Assembly: GCF_006345805.1 (NCBI RefSeq)
Contig: NC_043011.1
Span: 63,748,464-63,812,463 of the forward strand
Length of the DNA: 64,000 bases
Direction of reading: 5' to 3'
Origin: Octopus sinensis
Lineage: Eukaryota
The first letter of the stretch is position 1; the number at the start of each line of letters is the position of its first letter. The notes under the pieces are model-generated. The model worked only from the letters and a program-made list of their open reading frames with translations, made no database searches and was not told the DNA's origin. A program made the position numbers and the translations under genes. Positions 1-13,610 of the stretch are shown one piece after another.

Positions 1-1392
1 AAGCGTCCGTCTGGATAAGAATAAAGTGAATGCATTATGGAAAATATCTTTCTAAAAAACAGCATTTTTTCATTATTTATAATTTTTATATTTCGAAGTC
101 ATATCATTTCGGCGTCTAGGTGGGTTTCCTAATTATGGCTTTCGTAAATATCTAACACGAAGATCGCAATAATTTTAAAGAATGACTTAGTTAAGCGAAA
201 CTAAACGGAATCATTATTATATTAGAAATTTTTAAAAATTGCTTTTTTACATTTTACCAACATTTTAGTTCTCAGATTATTTTGTCAAGTATATTGGATT
301 TGTGTGCGTGTGTGTGTATTTGTGTGTGTATGTGTGTGCGCGGCGCGTGTCCGTGCGTGCGTGCATGTGTGTGTGTTCATATATGTATACGCGCGTGTGT
401 GTACCACTTGTTGACAACTGGTCTTGTTTAGGCCCTCAGTAAATTTGTCGTTCGCAAAAGAACCGATGAATTGGCACAAGGCTTATTAGAATGACATTGT
501 AATGTATTTGGGAAAGGTCAACTTTGTTTGGTTTTCATATAAAACAGGTAGAATATTTTCCCCGTGCATGGCCGATCTAAATACTAAAGGTTTAAGTAAA
601 ATGTATGACAGAATTATTTGGACACTGGGTAAATTAATGCGACACGTGTATCGTTGGGTGGTCGACTTTAGGATTTGTTAGATCACGATAATTTATAAGC
701 CAAGATCAAGCAAATTTCTTTAATGAAAAGATGGCAATATGAACATCAGCAAGATTAATATCGATGTAATAAATAATTGTTAACACAATACGATTTATTG
801 AACAATTGAAATTGTATATCCACTAAAAATTGATTTTTTTTTTCTAAATTTAGAAACTAGTCAAGATATTTTGAAGTCAGGCATTATTTCAGTACATCGG
901 TTACCAGTATTAAATTTGCGCATTAGAGTATGGTCCAGAGAAGGTAAAAACAGATATGGAATCGGTAGAATATGACCTCATCTTGCAAAGATGCGGAACA
1001 AACAATTTCTGTTTATTTGGCTTTTGTGACTTTAATAACTGCTAACCACTGAATTCTTGTCGATGCAGTATTGTTATTAATTAGACTACCTGTAACCCAT
1101 TGGGTCACTAACGGTTCAAGTTATAAAACACTGAAGTTGACCATAAAATTACATTGAAATAAAAGTAAATTTTATGATGATTCAGTTAAATATTTCAATT
1201 CGTTAATGTTATTACAGATCTAACTTATAAGTTCATATTTAAGGCTTTATTGATCATTTACAGCATATAATAGAAACAGAACTTGAACTCCAGTAATTGC
1301 ATTTATTTATGCCATATGTGCACACTTCTACAAAAATGCAAATGGAGTTGTTATATAGCGTGAACATGAAAGTAATGGCAACAATTTTCACA

Positions 1393-1643
1393 GTAAAGAT
1401 TATTTGCCAATATAACATTGCTCTCCTGGTTTAGGATGAATGTTGCTGTAATTTAGCCTCAGGAGACATCGTCTCCAATTGGCTATACGACAATATCTGT
1501 GTCCTTAGATTTTCGAACATGGGATTCTAGCACCCCCAATCTCGCACGTATAGCAAGCTGGAAACGATGACTTCTAGGGTTAAATTACAGCAACATTAGT
1601 CCTAAACCCGTACTGCCATGTTATGTTGGCAAATAATCTTTAC
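1393..1643. mobile_element. MITE with about 100 bp imperfect terminal inverted repeats
   Basis: gtaaagattatttgccaatataacatt...gctatacg (from 1393) is the imperfect reverse complement of cgtatagc...ggcaaataatctttac (to 1643). No ORF. Confidence 0.75.
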
Positions 1644-2118
1644 CCCAATGTACTGTTGCTTAATATCTCTCGTTGTGTGATTTACAAATAGTAATTTTCT
1701 AATTTCCACAGTATTATATATTCGGTTTTCAGAGTTGTGTTACTTTCGGAGTATATTTCAATTATGGGCTATTTATGAAAGTACCCACCAACACACTTTC
1801 ACCTCCACCACCACCTACACCCCCACCAAATCCACCACCACACCAGCACCAAGAAATCGTGTACCTCAAGAATCCGTGGTCCGATTTACGCCAAACTTGT
1901 TTTATTCCGTTTCAGGAGAGGTACATTACTTTCACAGTATTTTCCAATCATGCACCGTTTTGGCTGTAGTGAATGACGGAGAAGCGTGCAAGCGCAGAAT
2001 CACGCACGATAGCAAGCAAGAAATAACAGTCTTAGTAGTATATAGATAGTTATAAAAAGAGCATATATATGTTAGATGCAGTAATATTAAAAGATATAAG
2101 AAGGATAAATATATATAC

Positions 2119-2218
2119 CTGCAGAAGTTCACATCTGGTGCATATAGAGGATACCTTTTAATGGAATGTGGGCACCGGATGCTAGCTTTGTCAAAACAAA
2201 TGTGTAGCGTTGTAACAC
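2119..2218 (-). CDS. Paralog P1 exon 2: (G)VTTLHICFDKASIRCPHSIKRYPLYAPDVNFC(R/S)
   Basis: Acceptor tttgtag|GT and donor AG|gtatat. Exactly 100 nt, phase 1 to 2, with Cys spacing C-x7-C-x16-C identical to P2-P4. Embedded in track ORF 1932..2252. Confidence 0.85.
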
Positions 2219-2476
2219 CTACAAATTTCACATTTTCTTTTGAGTTATTCAATAGTGATACACTACTGAAATAATTTTCCGTACATTACCTAAATTTAAA
2301 ACATTTAAAACGTACCTAATTGTGCATTGTTAATGAGACACGATACGTAAATGATGAATATTATTTTGCAAATAAAAATTTCCGTATAAGCAAAAAGAAG
2401 TAAGAATGGATGAAATAAATACTTAAGACACAATGTATTTATAGTTTTTGCTATAGTAGGGTGGGCTAAACATTTC

Positions 2477-3292
2477 ATAGGCTGCTCAAGATACTTTCAT
2501 GGAATGCGACTAAATAGGATTTTGTTTTCGCAATATAGTCCACCTTGCAGTCCAAACTTTTGTTCGAGAGTTGTTGCAGCGTTTATATCGCATTGGTGAA
2601 AAGGATTTTATCATGTTGTGAAAAACCTTGTCAACAGCAGATGTGACGTCACCGTCACTGCTTTGCGCGCTCCCAGATAACGATACTTTTTCATGTTGGC
2701 GAATAAATGATAGGTCAAATGGAGCCAAATCAGTAGAATAGGGTGGAAGATCAACAATTTCAAAATCTGTTCCGGACATCAACCATGGAAATCAAGGAAG
2801 TTTGTGTTGGAGCCATGTCCTCATGAAAGAAAACATCTTTCGTCCGCTTTCTTGGCGATTGGATTTGATAGCGTTTTGTAGCTTCTTCAGCTTGTTGACA
2901 TTGTATTTCCGTTTATGTCAATAAACACAACACCTGTTGCATCCCTAAAATCTACGGCCGTTACCTTCCCTGTAGATGAGATCAGCTTGATTATTTTTGG
3001 AGCAGATGACTAGGGATGCTTCGACTACATGGATTATCTCTTTGTCTCTGGCTTTAACTGATGAACGCAGTACTAAGCGTGGATTGAGCCTGGTGCGCTT
3101 TTGATCACGTTAGCAGAAGACTAAATTCAGCTCCCCAATGTTGATAAAGTCGAAGCGTCATCCCCTTCTATAACAACCAAGTCTGTATGAATTAAAGCCA
3201 TTCTCTGCGGGTACCTGATACCAAATTTTCGTTAATTTTGAAAGGAAATCGGTACCAGTTACGTTGGAACTATTCTTTGAGCAGTCAGATAT
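2477..3292 (-). mobile_element. Decayed mariner transposon
   Basis: ORF 2510..2782 has LPPYSTDLAPFD, the mariner YSPDLAP motif. Upstream VFFHEDMAP resembles the second catalytic Asp region. Short inverted ends ggctgctcaag / ttgagcagtc. Confidence 0.8.
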
Positions 3293-3712
3293 AAGTTTAC
3301 CTGGACGGAAACAATACAGATATTAACGTAGAGTGTTGAAATTAATACAAGCTGGGAATTAGAGTTCTAGCATCAGTCTCCTAGTCATCCTATGAAATTT
3401 ACAATCCACATTCCTAATTCCTTCAATAACACATAGTAAGATAATCGAAATATTAATTCAACTAATCTTTAAAGACATTAAGATTTATGTCTACGTATAA
3501 CTTGTAACAGGTGACGAGAACTGATCTGCTGCTGAAGACGTTGTAATACGGAAAATTTGTACAAAGTCATTTCTTTCAATTTAATGATTTAATGGAACAA
3601 TGTTATTGTTTGAGATTGTCAACATTTCTCATGTGGAGAGTGATTTGTTCTTTCAAAGTGTGTAAGGCACAAAATAGAAATTTAGCACTCTTTGTTGATG
3701 TCATATATATAT

Positions 3713-3794
<82 letters not shown>

Positions 3795-3795
3795 A

Positions 3796-3833
<38 letters not shown>

Positions 3834-3998
3834 GGCGCAGGAGTGGCTGTGTGGTAAGTAGCTTGCTAACCAAGCACATGGTTCCGGGTTCAGTCCCACT
3901 GCGTGGCATCTTGTGCAAGTGTCTTCTGCTATAGCCCCGGACCGACCAATACCTTGTGAGTGGATTTGTTAGAGGGAAACTGAAAGAAGCCTGTCGTA
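3834..3998 (+). mobile_element. tRNA-derived SINE, family 1 (head)
   Basis: ggcgcaggagtggctgtgtggtaag (A box) ... ccgggttcagtccc (B box). The same element recurs at 7178-7560, 9185-9357, 14320-14700, 28444-28812, 37915-38220 and 61862-62345. Confidence 0.8.
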
Positions 3999-4069
<71 letters not shown>

Positions 4070-4073
<4 letters not shown>

Positions 4074-5412
4074 AACAGGATATTCAGAGGTGATGCAGTA
4101 CGGCTGTTTCAAGCGACCTCATTAAATTGAACAATGCAATCATTACATCTATTTAAATGCAGAGCTATCCTCAGCTGCATAAATAAATAGAATTTATTTA
4201 ATTGGTTACAACTTATAGTATACCTCTTAGCGTATAATTAATATATAAACAGCATGTTCTATCACCCCAAAATTCCTTTAGTAAATACCAGAGATTAATC
4301 TTTATAGATACCACCTAATAAATAATTAATTAAATAAAATGATAGAAATATTAAACAAATTTTATAAAAGATTCTTTTTTCTATTCATGATAATATGGTA
4401 TATATACTTCATCATGGATTTAGTGATTAAACTATTTATTCTTTTCTCTGGTGTTCTACCCTACTGATCATATTATTTTTATAAAAGCCTTTGTGTAAGA
4501 AACCTTCTAAAGTTGAACCTTAGAAATTTATATTAGCTTGTATATAATCTCACCGGTAACTTCACAACTTATAATATACCTTTTAGATTTTAATTTATAT
4601 ATATTTAGCATGTTCTATCGCCCTAGTAATCCTTTAGTAAATGCCAGTGATCAGTCTTTATAGATACCACCTCGTAGATATATAATTCAGTATATGAATG
4701 AATATTGAATTAATTCTATGTAATTTTTTTTCTCTCTCTATTGTTGAAAATTTTGGTATATATTCAAAATTATTGAAAAATTCGCTTTTGGTTATAAAAT
4801 TGTTCTTGATAACCCTAAATTTTATCTTTATTCAATATAACAATATTGTTTAAATCAGTCACCTATAGTACCCAATGATATAATTTCCTCTTTATTATCA
4901 TCATTGGATTTGTTATCGTTTTGCATCTTTAAATGGTAATTAACATCTCGATTTGAGATCTTCCCCTACCCAAGCTCATTATAGCCAGTTACTTTATACT
5001 ACTTCAAGATAATTTTGACAAGTTTATGACTATATCCATTATGATTCCGCCAACTCACCCATGCCTTTTCCTAACAGAATGTATTCTCTAGTTTTATTAG
5101 TCTAGTTTTATTAATCATGACCAATAAATTAAAACTGAACCAAAATCAGTGACAAGCGCTGACCCTAACATTTTTTTCCTGATGTCTTAAAAGCTTCTAA
5201 GCTGAAGTGAAAGCTGATGGACTTCTTACCTTCTGGGGGGATTTAAGTAAAATTATACAAATACGTCCAACTGACTGAATAAATTCTATTTCTTTATTTA
5301 TGCTGCTGAGGATAGCGCCGCATTTAAATTGATTTAATAGGATTGTATTGTTCAATTAAATGGAGCCGCTTGCAACAGTCGTACTGCATTACCTCCGTAT
5401 GTCCTGTTGCTT
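4070..5412. repeat. Segment bounded by about 130 bp inverted repeats, with an internal tandem duplication
   Basis: 4070-4200 is the imperfect reverse complement of 5276-5412. 4205-4410 and 4560-4770 are diverged direct copies. Confidence 0.65.
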
Positions 5413-5505
5413 ATTTTGATTTTTTTCATCTTATTTTGAAGTTTTATGGTTAATTCCGCACTAATATTTGGCACTTCAATTTAAGTACCTAAATCTCAAT
5501 TACAT

Positions 5506-5548
<43 letters not shown>

Positions 5549-5962
5549 CACATATATATATATATATATATGTGAACAGAAGTTTAAGAATTTCAACTTG
5601 CTAGCCATCTACGACTATACTTATAACGATGTTTGTATACTTAACCAACACTTGTTACCTTTTAAGATTAAATCATGAAACAATTGTTGGAAATATGTGG
5701 TCTGAAGGAGTCTCCATATGTTTGCATAAATAAAAGTTATGATTAGTATTCGTCAAGGGGACTGGGCTTATATTGGAGCTAAAAGAATATATATATAACG
5801 AGAGGTTTACCCATCAGTATACGCTATGTTAAAAATACAAACACACACACAAATACACCCAGATACACAAGCGCATACACAAAATTAATTAATATATATA
5901 TATCATCATTGGTTATATATCGTCTTGCCTCTTTAACTGGTAATTAACATCTCGATTTGAGA

Positions 5963-6019
<57 letters not shown>

Positions 6020-6848
6020 GCAGACAGACAGACAGAGAAATTAATTTACTTCACTCCTTCAAGTTCTTTTGTAGTGTTTTGTTAACTACTGATGAGATAT
6101 ATTTGAGACCTTTAAAATCTGGTCAGCAGAAACCTAAAACCATGGGCAGGGTGGTAAATATAGAACTTAGAAAGAGAGAGAGAGGTAGTGAATATAAGAG
6201 TAAATACAGTTAGAGAGAGCAAGAGAAGCATAAGCAGAAATGACATAGATAGGGAAAGGCCGAGGCAGAGACAATCGCAGATGAGAAGTATGCTGAGAGT
6301 AATCTAGAAAACGCGAGAACTTCAAAGAGAAACAAATGAATAGACATTTTTTGGTTACATAGTTTTGTGCTAGTAACGATCTGGTCGACCATACCTATGA
6401 TAAAAAGCAGTCGAAGGGTAACTGTCACACAGTAGCTTGTCGGTATACGTAAATGAATGATATAACTCTTTACATGAACACCACCCTGTACTTAACTCCA
6501 TGTCCCCCTACATGGCCTTGCTATTTGCTTTTGAGCCAAATTAACTAACTAACTGACTAACATAAACTTCCTGATTATAATAGTTTCATTTCCGCTCGTT
6601 TTCAGATTTTTTATGTGATAGTTTTGTCACCAAAGACGTTAAAACCGTGACTATCCTACTGATAGGGGTGTGACATGAAGGTATAGATCATTGGGGAGTA
6701 AAGGAGAAACAGAGAGAGAGAGAGAGAGAGTGGGGGAGAATTGAGAGGTGTAAACATGGAGAAGAATTACGATAAATGCAAGGGAAAATACGCACGAAAC
6801 ACAAAAGGCTTGTGAACATAAACCTGCGTTAATCACAAAAATACTTAC

Positions 6849-6885
6849 CAACGATGAAAGCAGAGATAACAATAAAACATTTCAT
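6849..6885 (-). CDS. Paralog P1 exon 1: signal peptide MKCFIVISAFIV(G)
   Basis: ATG AAA TGT TTT ATT GTT ATC TCT GCT TTC ATC GTT G|gtaagt. 37 nt, phase 1 donor, basic-then-hydrophobic N-terminus. Same size and phase as P4 exon 1. Confidence 0.8.
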
Positions 6886-7177
6886 TGTGACTAATCGTGT
6901 TAATTCGAAAGTCCGATCATATAATGGCCTCACATATAGAAACGTGGCGGGTAAAATTGCATATATCAGGTAACAAAAATTTGCGCATTCTTAAACACAT
7001 ATATATTTACTATTTATGACGTAGTATGCAATAATATGAAGGTATTGTTGTTGTTTTGTAATTAATGTTATTTTAAAAGATTTATATTTCAAATATGTTG
7101 TAAATATGAAATTTGGCCGATTACACTTACACGATTCTTTCTCTTATGCGTCACAATTGGAGGCGGGAATAAATCTC

Positions 7178-7560
7178 TTTTACTCTTTTACTTGTTTCAG
7201 CCATTTGACTGCGGCCATGCTGGAGCACCGCCTTTAATCGAGCAACTCGACCCCGGGACTTATTCTTTTCTAAGCCCAGTACTTATTCTATCGGTCTCTT
7301 TTGCCGAACCGCTAAGTAACGGTGACATAAACACACCAGCATCGGTTGTCAAACAATGCTAGGGGGACAAACACAAACAAATATATATATACATATATAC
7401 GACAGGCTTCTTTCAGTTTCCGTCTACCAAATCCACTCACAAGGCTTTGGTCAGCCCGAGGCTATAGTAAAAGACACTTGCCCAAGGTGCCACGCAGCGG
7501 GACTGAACTCGGAACCATGTGGTTGGTGAACAAGCTTCTTACCACACAGCCACTCCTGCG
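7178..7560 (-). mobile_element. Full-length SINE family 1 (tRNA head, central microsatellite, tail)
   Basis: tRNA-like head at the 7560 end and a tail beginning ttactcttttacttgtttcagccatttgactgcggccatgctggagc at 7178. Same architecture at 28444-28812. Confidence 0.8.
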
Positions 7561-7806
7561 TATATATGCGATATACGCCTAAATGCGTATATCTCATATA
7601 TGTACGTCAATATTTAATTGGTACGTAAAGCAAGTAAAGTCATATTTGTGCGTATAGACAATGGCAGTTGTTTCATATCAGTAAATCAACATTATACACG
7701 TTTATACCCTTTTTGGAACGGGATACAAGTGATCGAAGTCAAATTCACCCATACTATTATATACATACATAGATATATGTATATGTATGTGTGCGTGCGG
7801 TTACGC

Positions 7807-7883
<77 letters not shown>

Positions 7884-8537
7884 AGTGTGTATACCTGGGT
7901 TGGGTACAATTGCAACGAAAAAACAAGGGAAATCCCCCCCACGATCCCGGACCACGGCGGGAGAATAAAGTGTCAAATAGTGACGGAAAAAAACGAAATG
8001 GACTTGGACCGGAAATGAACAATGAGAAAGGAAACGGTATAGGAATGGTAGATGAGGAGTTCAGCTGCTGCAGGAAGGTGTTTGCTAGTTACATCGGGCT
8101 GACAATCCACAAAGGGAAGACGTGTGTCAGAAGAAAGTAATTCAACAACGCAGGTTGATACACCATAAGACGTGTGGCCAGAACCCCCTGAAAAATAGCC
8201 ATAGCGAGGTTCATTCCACAGTTGAATTGGAACAGTCAAAAAGACTGATAGGCGTGAAGAGGACAAAGGTTAAGTGGCGGAAAGCAAATGGCGCAGCGAG
8301 TTCTATAAAAAAAAAATTCATGTCCACATACTAGTTTACTCTTTTATTTGTTTCAGTCATGTGACTGCGGCTATGCTGGAGCACCGCCTTTAGTCGAGAA
8401 AATCGACCCCAGGACTACACTTTGTAAGCCTAGTATTCATTCTACCGGTTTCTTTTGCCGAACCGCTAAGTTATGGGGACGTAAACACAGCAGCATCGAT
8501 TGTCGAGCGATGTTGGTGGGACAGACACAGACATACA

Positions 8538-8788
<251 letters not shown>

Positions 8789-8789
8789 G

Positions 8790-9170
8790 TGGAGGCGCAA
8801 TGACCCAGTGGTTAGGGCAGCGGACTCGCGATCATAGGATCGCGGTTTCGATTCCCAGACCAGGTGTTGTGAGTGTTTATTGAGCGAAATCACCTAAAGC
8901 TCCACGAGGCTCCGGTAGGGGATGGTGGTGATCCCTGCTGTACTCTTTCACCACAAATTTCTCTCACTCTTACTTCCTGTTTCTGTTGTACCTGTATTTC
9001 AAAGGGCCGGCTTTGTCACTCTCTGTGTGACGCTGAATATCCCCGAGAACTACGTTAAGGGTACACGTGTCTGTGGAGTGCTCAGCCACTTACACGTTAA
9101 TTTCACGAGCAGGCTGTTCCGTTGATTCGGATTAACCGGAACCCTCGTCGTCGTAACCGACGGAGTGCTT
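8790..9170 (+). mobile_element. tRNA-derived SINE, family 2
   Basis: ggaggcgcaatgacccagtggttagggcagcgg ... ggtttcgattccc, tRNA-like A/B boxes. Related minus-strand copies at about 45790-46030 and 56380-56635. Confidence 0.7.
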
Positions 9171-9354
9171 CCACACATATATATATACAAATATACGATG
9201 GGCTTCTTTCAGTTTCCCTCTACCAAATCCTCTCGCAAGGCTTTGGTCGGCTCGAAGCTATAGTAGTAGACACTTGCCCAAGGTGCCAAGCAGTGGGACG
9301 GAACTCGGAACCATGTGGTTCGTAAGCAAGCTACTTGCCACGCAACCACTCCTA

Positions 9355-9402
<48 letters not shown>

Positions 9403-12370
9403 CACTCACATACATATACACACGCAAACATATACAAATCAAACGTAGAAAAGAAAATTCACAACAAACGGTAACCGTAGAAACACAATATCCGGGAAAA
9501 GGAAGATAGCGCGACAACAGCAAACAGGACAAAACAAGATTCGCGAAATATTCACTGCCAAATTCCTCTTCAGTCGGAGTCCGGAATGTCCACGAAGTTT
9601 CACCCACTTATCTCCAAAAATAAAACAAATAGGTTCTAGTGAGATAGCGCAAGGAAAATGGAAATGGAAAAATCTTAACAGACCGGGTGGCAAGACAGAA
9701 CAGAACATTTGTAAAGCAAATTATCACAAGTTGCTAAAGTGAGGGCGGGGAAAAATTACTACCGCTGTTTCTAGAGATAAGTCTCAAAACAATTCAAAAG
9801 CTACAGACATTTATCATACTCGAGGTAAGACCCAAGCGGATAAAGCCAAATCGATGAATTCGGATTTTGATGCCAAGTATCTTAATCCTCATCAGTGACT
9901 CTTAACGTTCTTAGGGTTAAATTCAACTCCCTTCGTGTATATATCACGTTGATGTCACTTTTAATAATGTTTTACGTTTTTTCTTTCCTGGATTTACTAA
10001 TTCATCATTTAATTCCTTTCTTTCTGTCTATTCCCTCCTGGCGTTTCCTTTCAAATAGATGGATTTTCAGTCTAGTTCGACGTTCGTGTACATTTCTTTA
10101 ACACATTCTATCTTTTAAGATTTAATTTCCGTTTTAAAGTGTCCTTTGATCATCAAAGATCTGTTTCAAATACTGTCCTAATGAATTCCATCATCTCCAG
10201 TTTAAACAAAGCCAAATACGTTGATATATTCACATTTTATAATAATTGATGCTTTTGTTTTATATGAACGGTGGTCGTCTTTAGTGTACTTCCGGTTTCT
10301 TTAGCAACCTACAATCAAGCCGATCAGCCCGCTAACCATCGGCAATCAATCATTTCAACATCTATTACGGTCACTTAATCTTACAACTCGGCAACATCCC
10401 TCTCACGGCGTCAGTTATTCAACGGGACAGTAATCAGTTAATATTACACCGAGTACGTAAGCGGCAAGCAGTCAGGGCAGATTGCTTACCAATATCCGGC
10501 CTGTCTTCACGTTTGAGTTAAAATTCTGCAAAAGTGGACATTACCTTTCGAACTTTCGGAATCGATAAAATGCGTAACCTCTTCCGAAGATACTGGCCTT
10601 TTGCTACAGTTTGAAATTAATTTTACTGGGAATTGTTTTTTTTTTTGTCTTTCTAAACATTCAGTTTGGGTGTGATTGTAATTCTACTCTCTTCCCCGAT
10701 GTTCCATGTATCAAATATTTCTTTTTTCTCTATATCGCAATCATTAATACGTTTCTCATCTGCCTCTTTACCAGGCATTCACTATGCTCTTTATTTTATC
10801 TTCAGTAATACTTTTTTGCCAAACCTGAATATGCATTGATAGGATTCCTCTCCAAATGGGTTGGATTCCAATATGACGATTCCTTATAAGCAGTTTAAAA
10901 TCACTTTCTCCTTTTCATTGTGTGTGTGAATTTTAAATCTAAAAGCGACGAAAGATTCTGTTATACTCAACAACTAATATCGGTTTGAAAATTTGTGAGA
11001 AGACCAAGTCTTTCGGTCAGGTGGGGTAAGTTGATTACATCAATCCATGTGCTGAAGTGGTTCTTATTTTACCAACCCCGCAACGAAACGGTGGAAAGCA
11101 AAATCAACCTCGTAGGAATTTGAATGCAGTACGTAAGGACGGGAAAAATACTGCTAATAACTTTGTCCAGCGTGTTGTCAATTTTGCCTTCTCAACACCA
11201 AATGTTATTTTTTTTTTAATTTCACACAAGGTGAGTAATCTTGAGCCAGGAGTGAGTCAGTAATATGGAGCCCAATACACAACTGCTATTTATTTTATTG
11301 AGCCAGAAAGCTTAAATGGCGAAAATGACTTCGGGGCAAGTTGGAGTCAGAATAATATGACGGACGAAACACCACTAAGAACTTTGCCCGTCGTGCTATC
11401 TATTCTAGCAGGACTCCAATATTGTCCCTTTTATATTAAAAAGAACATCCAAGGAATAAAGTATAGCTTTATAACAGAAGATGGGAATAAAGACAGACTT
11501 ATATCTGGGCGAATTCTCTATTTCATACTCTGATTTCCAAATATAGAGTTGCATGAAGAACTGCTGCGCATAATTCATTAAAATAGATACCATTTACCAA
11601 ATGCTCTTATGTGCAATACGCTAGCCGTTGTTTCTCGATATTGGTGACCATAATATAACTTTATATTTATTTGTAAAGAAAACATTAATTTGACAAAGAA
11701 ATCAACATTCGATGCTATAAAAACAGCAGTAGGCCTGTAAGTGAGAATTTAATAAGACGCAATGGAGTCGATATTCTATTAGTTATTAAAATTCGTATTC
11801 ATAAATAGATGCAACTAATAGGAAAGGCTCCAGTAAGTCTATCACCGGCAAGACTATATCTTCTCACCAAATTTTTAAGCAATATCGAAATAAAACTTAA
11901 TAAAATACATATATGAATTGTGATGGATATGTTCACAGAACAATTAAACATGAACTTTGCTTAGATTTCACAGTTGCAGTTATGAAACTGAAATCACTAG
12001 GAAGATAATGGTTTGTGATTAAAATTAGAAACGATGCAACTTTATAAGTTGATACCAACTTTCATTTTCCCAAGTGTACTTAACCGATTTCAAAGAAATG
12101 ATTTAAGAAATCCACAACGAAAGATCATTTAATTTTCCTTGAAAGAGCCATCAAAGTATATATTCAACTATAAATATATACTATCAAAATAACCATAAAT
12201 TTGTACGACTTAATGAATCCCTACGTTATCGAAATAATATTATTGCAGTGTCCTGTTGGAGATATCTACACTGATGATAAGTAACAAGGAGCACTGAGCG
12301 GAATACCTTAGTATTATACATACTGAAGTGAAACAGAGTTGACTGTTCTTTACTGTAATTCACGGAAATT

Positions 12371-12508
12371 TTAGGAAAGCGGACAAGGGAGGAATCGAGG
12401 TTAGGAAAGCGGCAAGGGAGGAATCGAGGTTAGGAAAGCGGCAAGGGAGGAATCGAGGTTAGGAAAGCGGCAAGGGAGGAATCGAGGTTAGGAAAGCGGC
12501 AAGGGAGG
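12371..12508 (+). repeat. 29 bp minisatellite, about 4.7 copies (ttaggaaagcggcaagggaggaatcgagg)
   Basis: Head-to-tail near-identical units with no spacers. Confidence 0.95.
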
Positions 12509-13329
12509 ACCAGCTAAAATAGGATCCGTGCCACAAGTGTTCTAGTTTAGCAAGCACTGTTAGTCACGAATTACTAAATGGTGGGTACTTTCACATCAGA
12601 TACTGAAATCAAGTGAAGAGGCACGCAGTCATTAAATCATAGGGACAAAGAGCAGCACTTCACCAGCTTGGAGACTTCAATTGATATTTGTCATTAGTAT
12701 TATTTTTTAACTATGTGGGAAGTTATATACTGTGGAGGGCAGATTTTAAATCTGCTTCATGTAGCTTCAAATATACTATGAAGAATTTGATTTCTATAAT
12801 ATCAATACTGTATCGAAATAATATCACAATTCTTTAATATTTTTATAGTATATACTACCACGTGTGATCAAATAGTATATACCATATCTTCACTAAATTA
12901 TTTTAGGTGCATTTTTGTTAATTGTGGATCTGCCGTTAGTTTTGTTAACGGCCGATCCACAATTGACAAAGAGCAATATTCAGAATAGCAGAGTAGAGGA
13001 GGTTGGCTGCATTCCTGAGATTAGTATTTTCATTTAGTAGAATGAGTCAAATTGCAATAAAGGGCTTCAATCGAAAACGACGTTTTGATTTGTCACTATC
13101 ATGACAAATACAAGCCAAATACACTAGGCATGAGTTCAATCAAATTCTACTACTATCTATAGTAATTGATAATATTGCTAGGTGATGTTGGGAGCTCTTA
13201 GAATCAAGATCGTGTTCCATATTGTAAGTAACAGATATTCGAAATGTATTGTTATTTATTTCGTCTACTTCGGCATCGACATTCAAATATTATTTATTCT
13301 ATAAAATCATTGTAATGTATTGCTTTAAG

Positions 13330-13610
13330 TTTTGGCACAATGGACTGAGTCAATTAGACGGAACCTGGTCCTCAACTTGAATTTATTTTATCGACCACCA
13401 AATTTTTTCTACTCTACGCACAAGGACCAACATTTTGGGGAAAAGGGCCAGTCGATTAGATCGACCCCAGTACGCAACTGGTACATAATTTATAGAGCCC
13501 GAAAAGCAAAGTTGACCTCGGCAGAATTTGAACACAGAACATAAAGACAGACGAAGTGTCGGAAAGCCGTTCGCCCGGCGTTCTAACGATTCTGCCAGCT
13601 CACCGCCCTA
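13330..13610 (-). mobile_element. tRNA-derived SINE, family 3 (most abundant in the window)
   Basis: Minus strand reads ggcggtgagctggcagaatcgttag...gttcaaattctgccgaggtcaactttgc. Copies at about 11020-11410, 26730-26860, 30170-30400, 35200-35405, 36860-37050, 39245-39460, 48810-48990, 49150-49350, 50670-50900, 53008-53430, 54800-55020 and 61590-61790. Confidence 0.8.

Noticed and set aside
1712-2049. Plus-strand proline-rich or threonine-rich ORFs (PPPPPTPPPNPPP; TTTYTPTKSTTT) with a plausible acceptor
   Set aside because: Explained by a degenerate (CCA)n tract; no partner exons or recognisable domain; lies antisense in P1 intron 2.
3532-3568. CUGAAGA...GAAA...GUC hammerhead-like core
   Set aside because: Stem I does not pair and stem III has a mismatch next to the core; at most a decayed remnant.
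3834-3998. tRNA-like A/B boxes as tRNA genes (also 8790 and 13330 families)
   Set aside because: No complete cloverleaf, and each is followed by a SINE body repeated many times in the window.
12371-12508. 29 bp repeat as a CRISPR array
   Set aside because: Units are directly adjacent with no spacers, the context is eukaryotic, and there are no cas genes.
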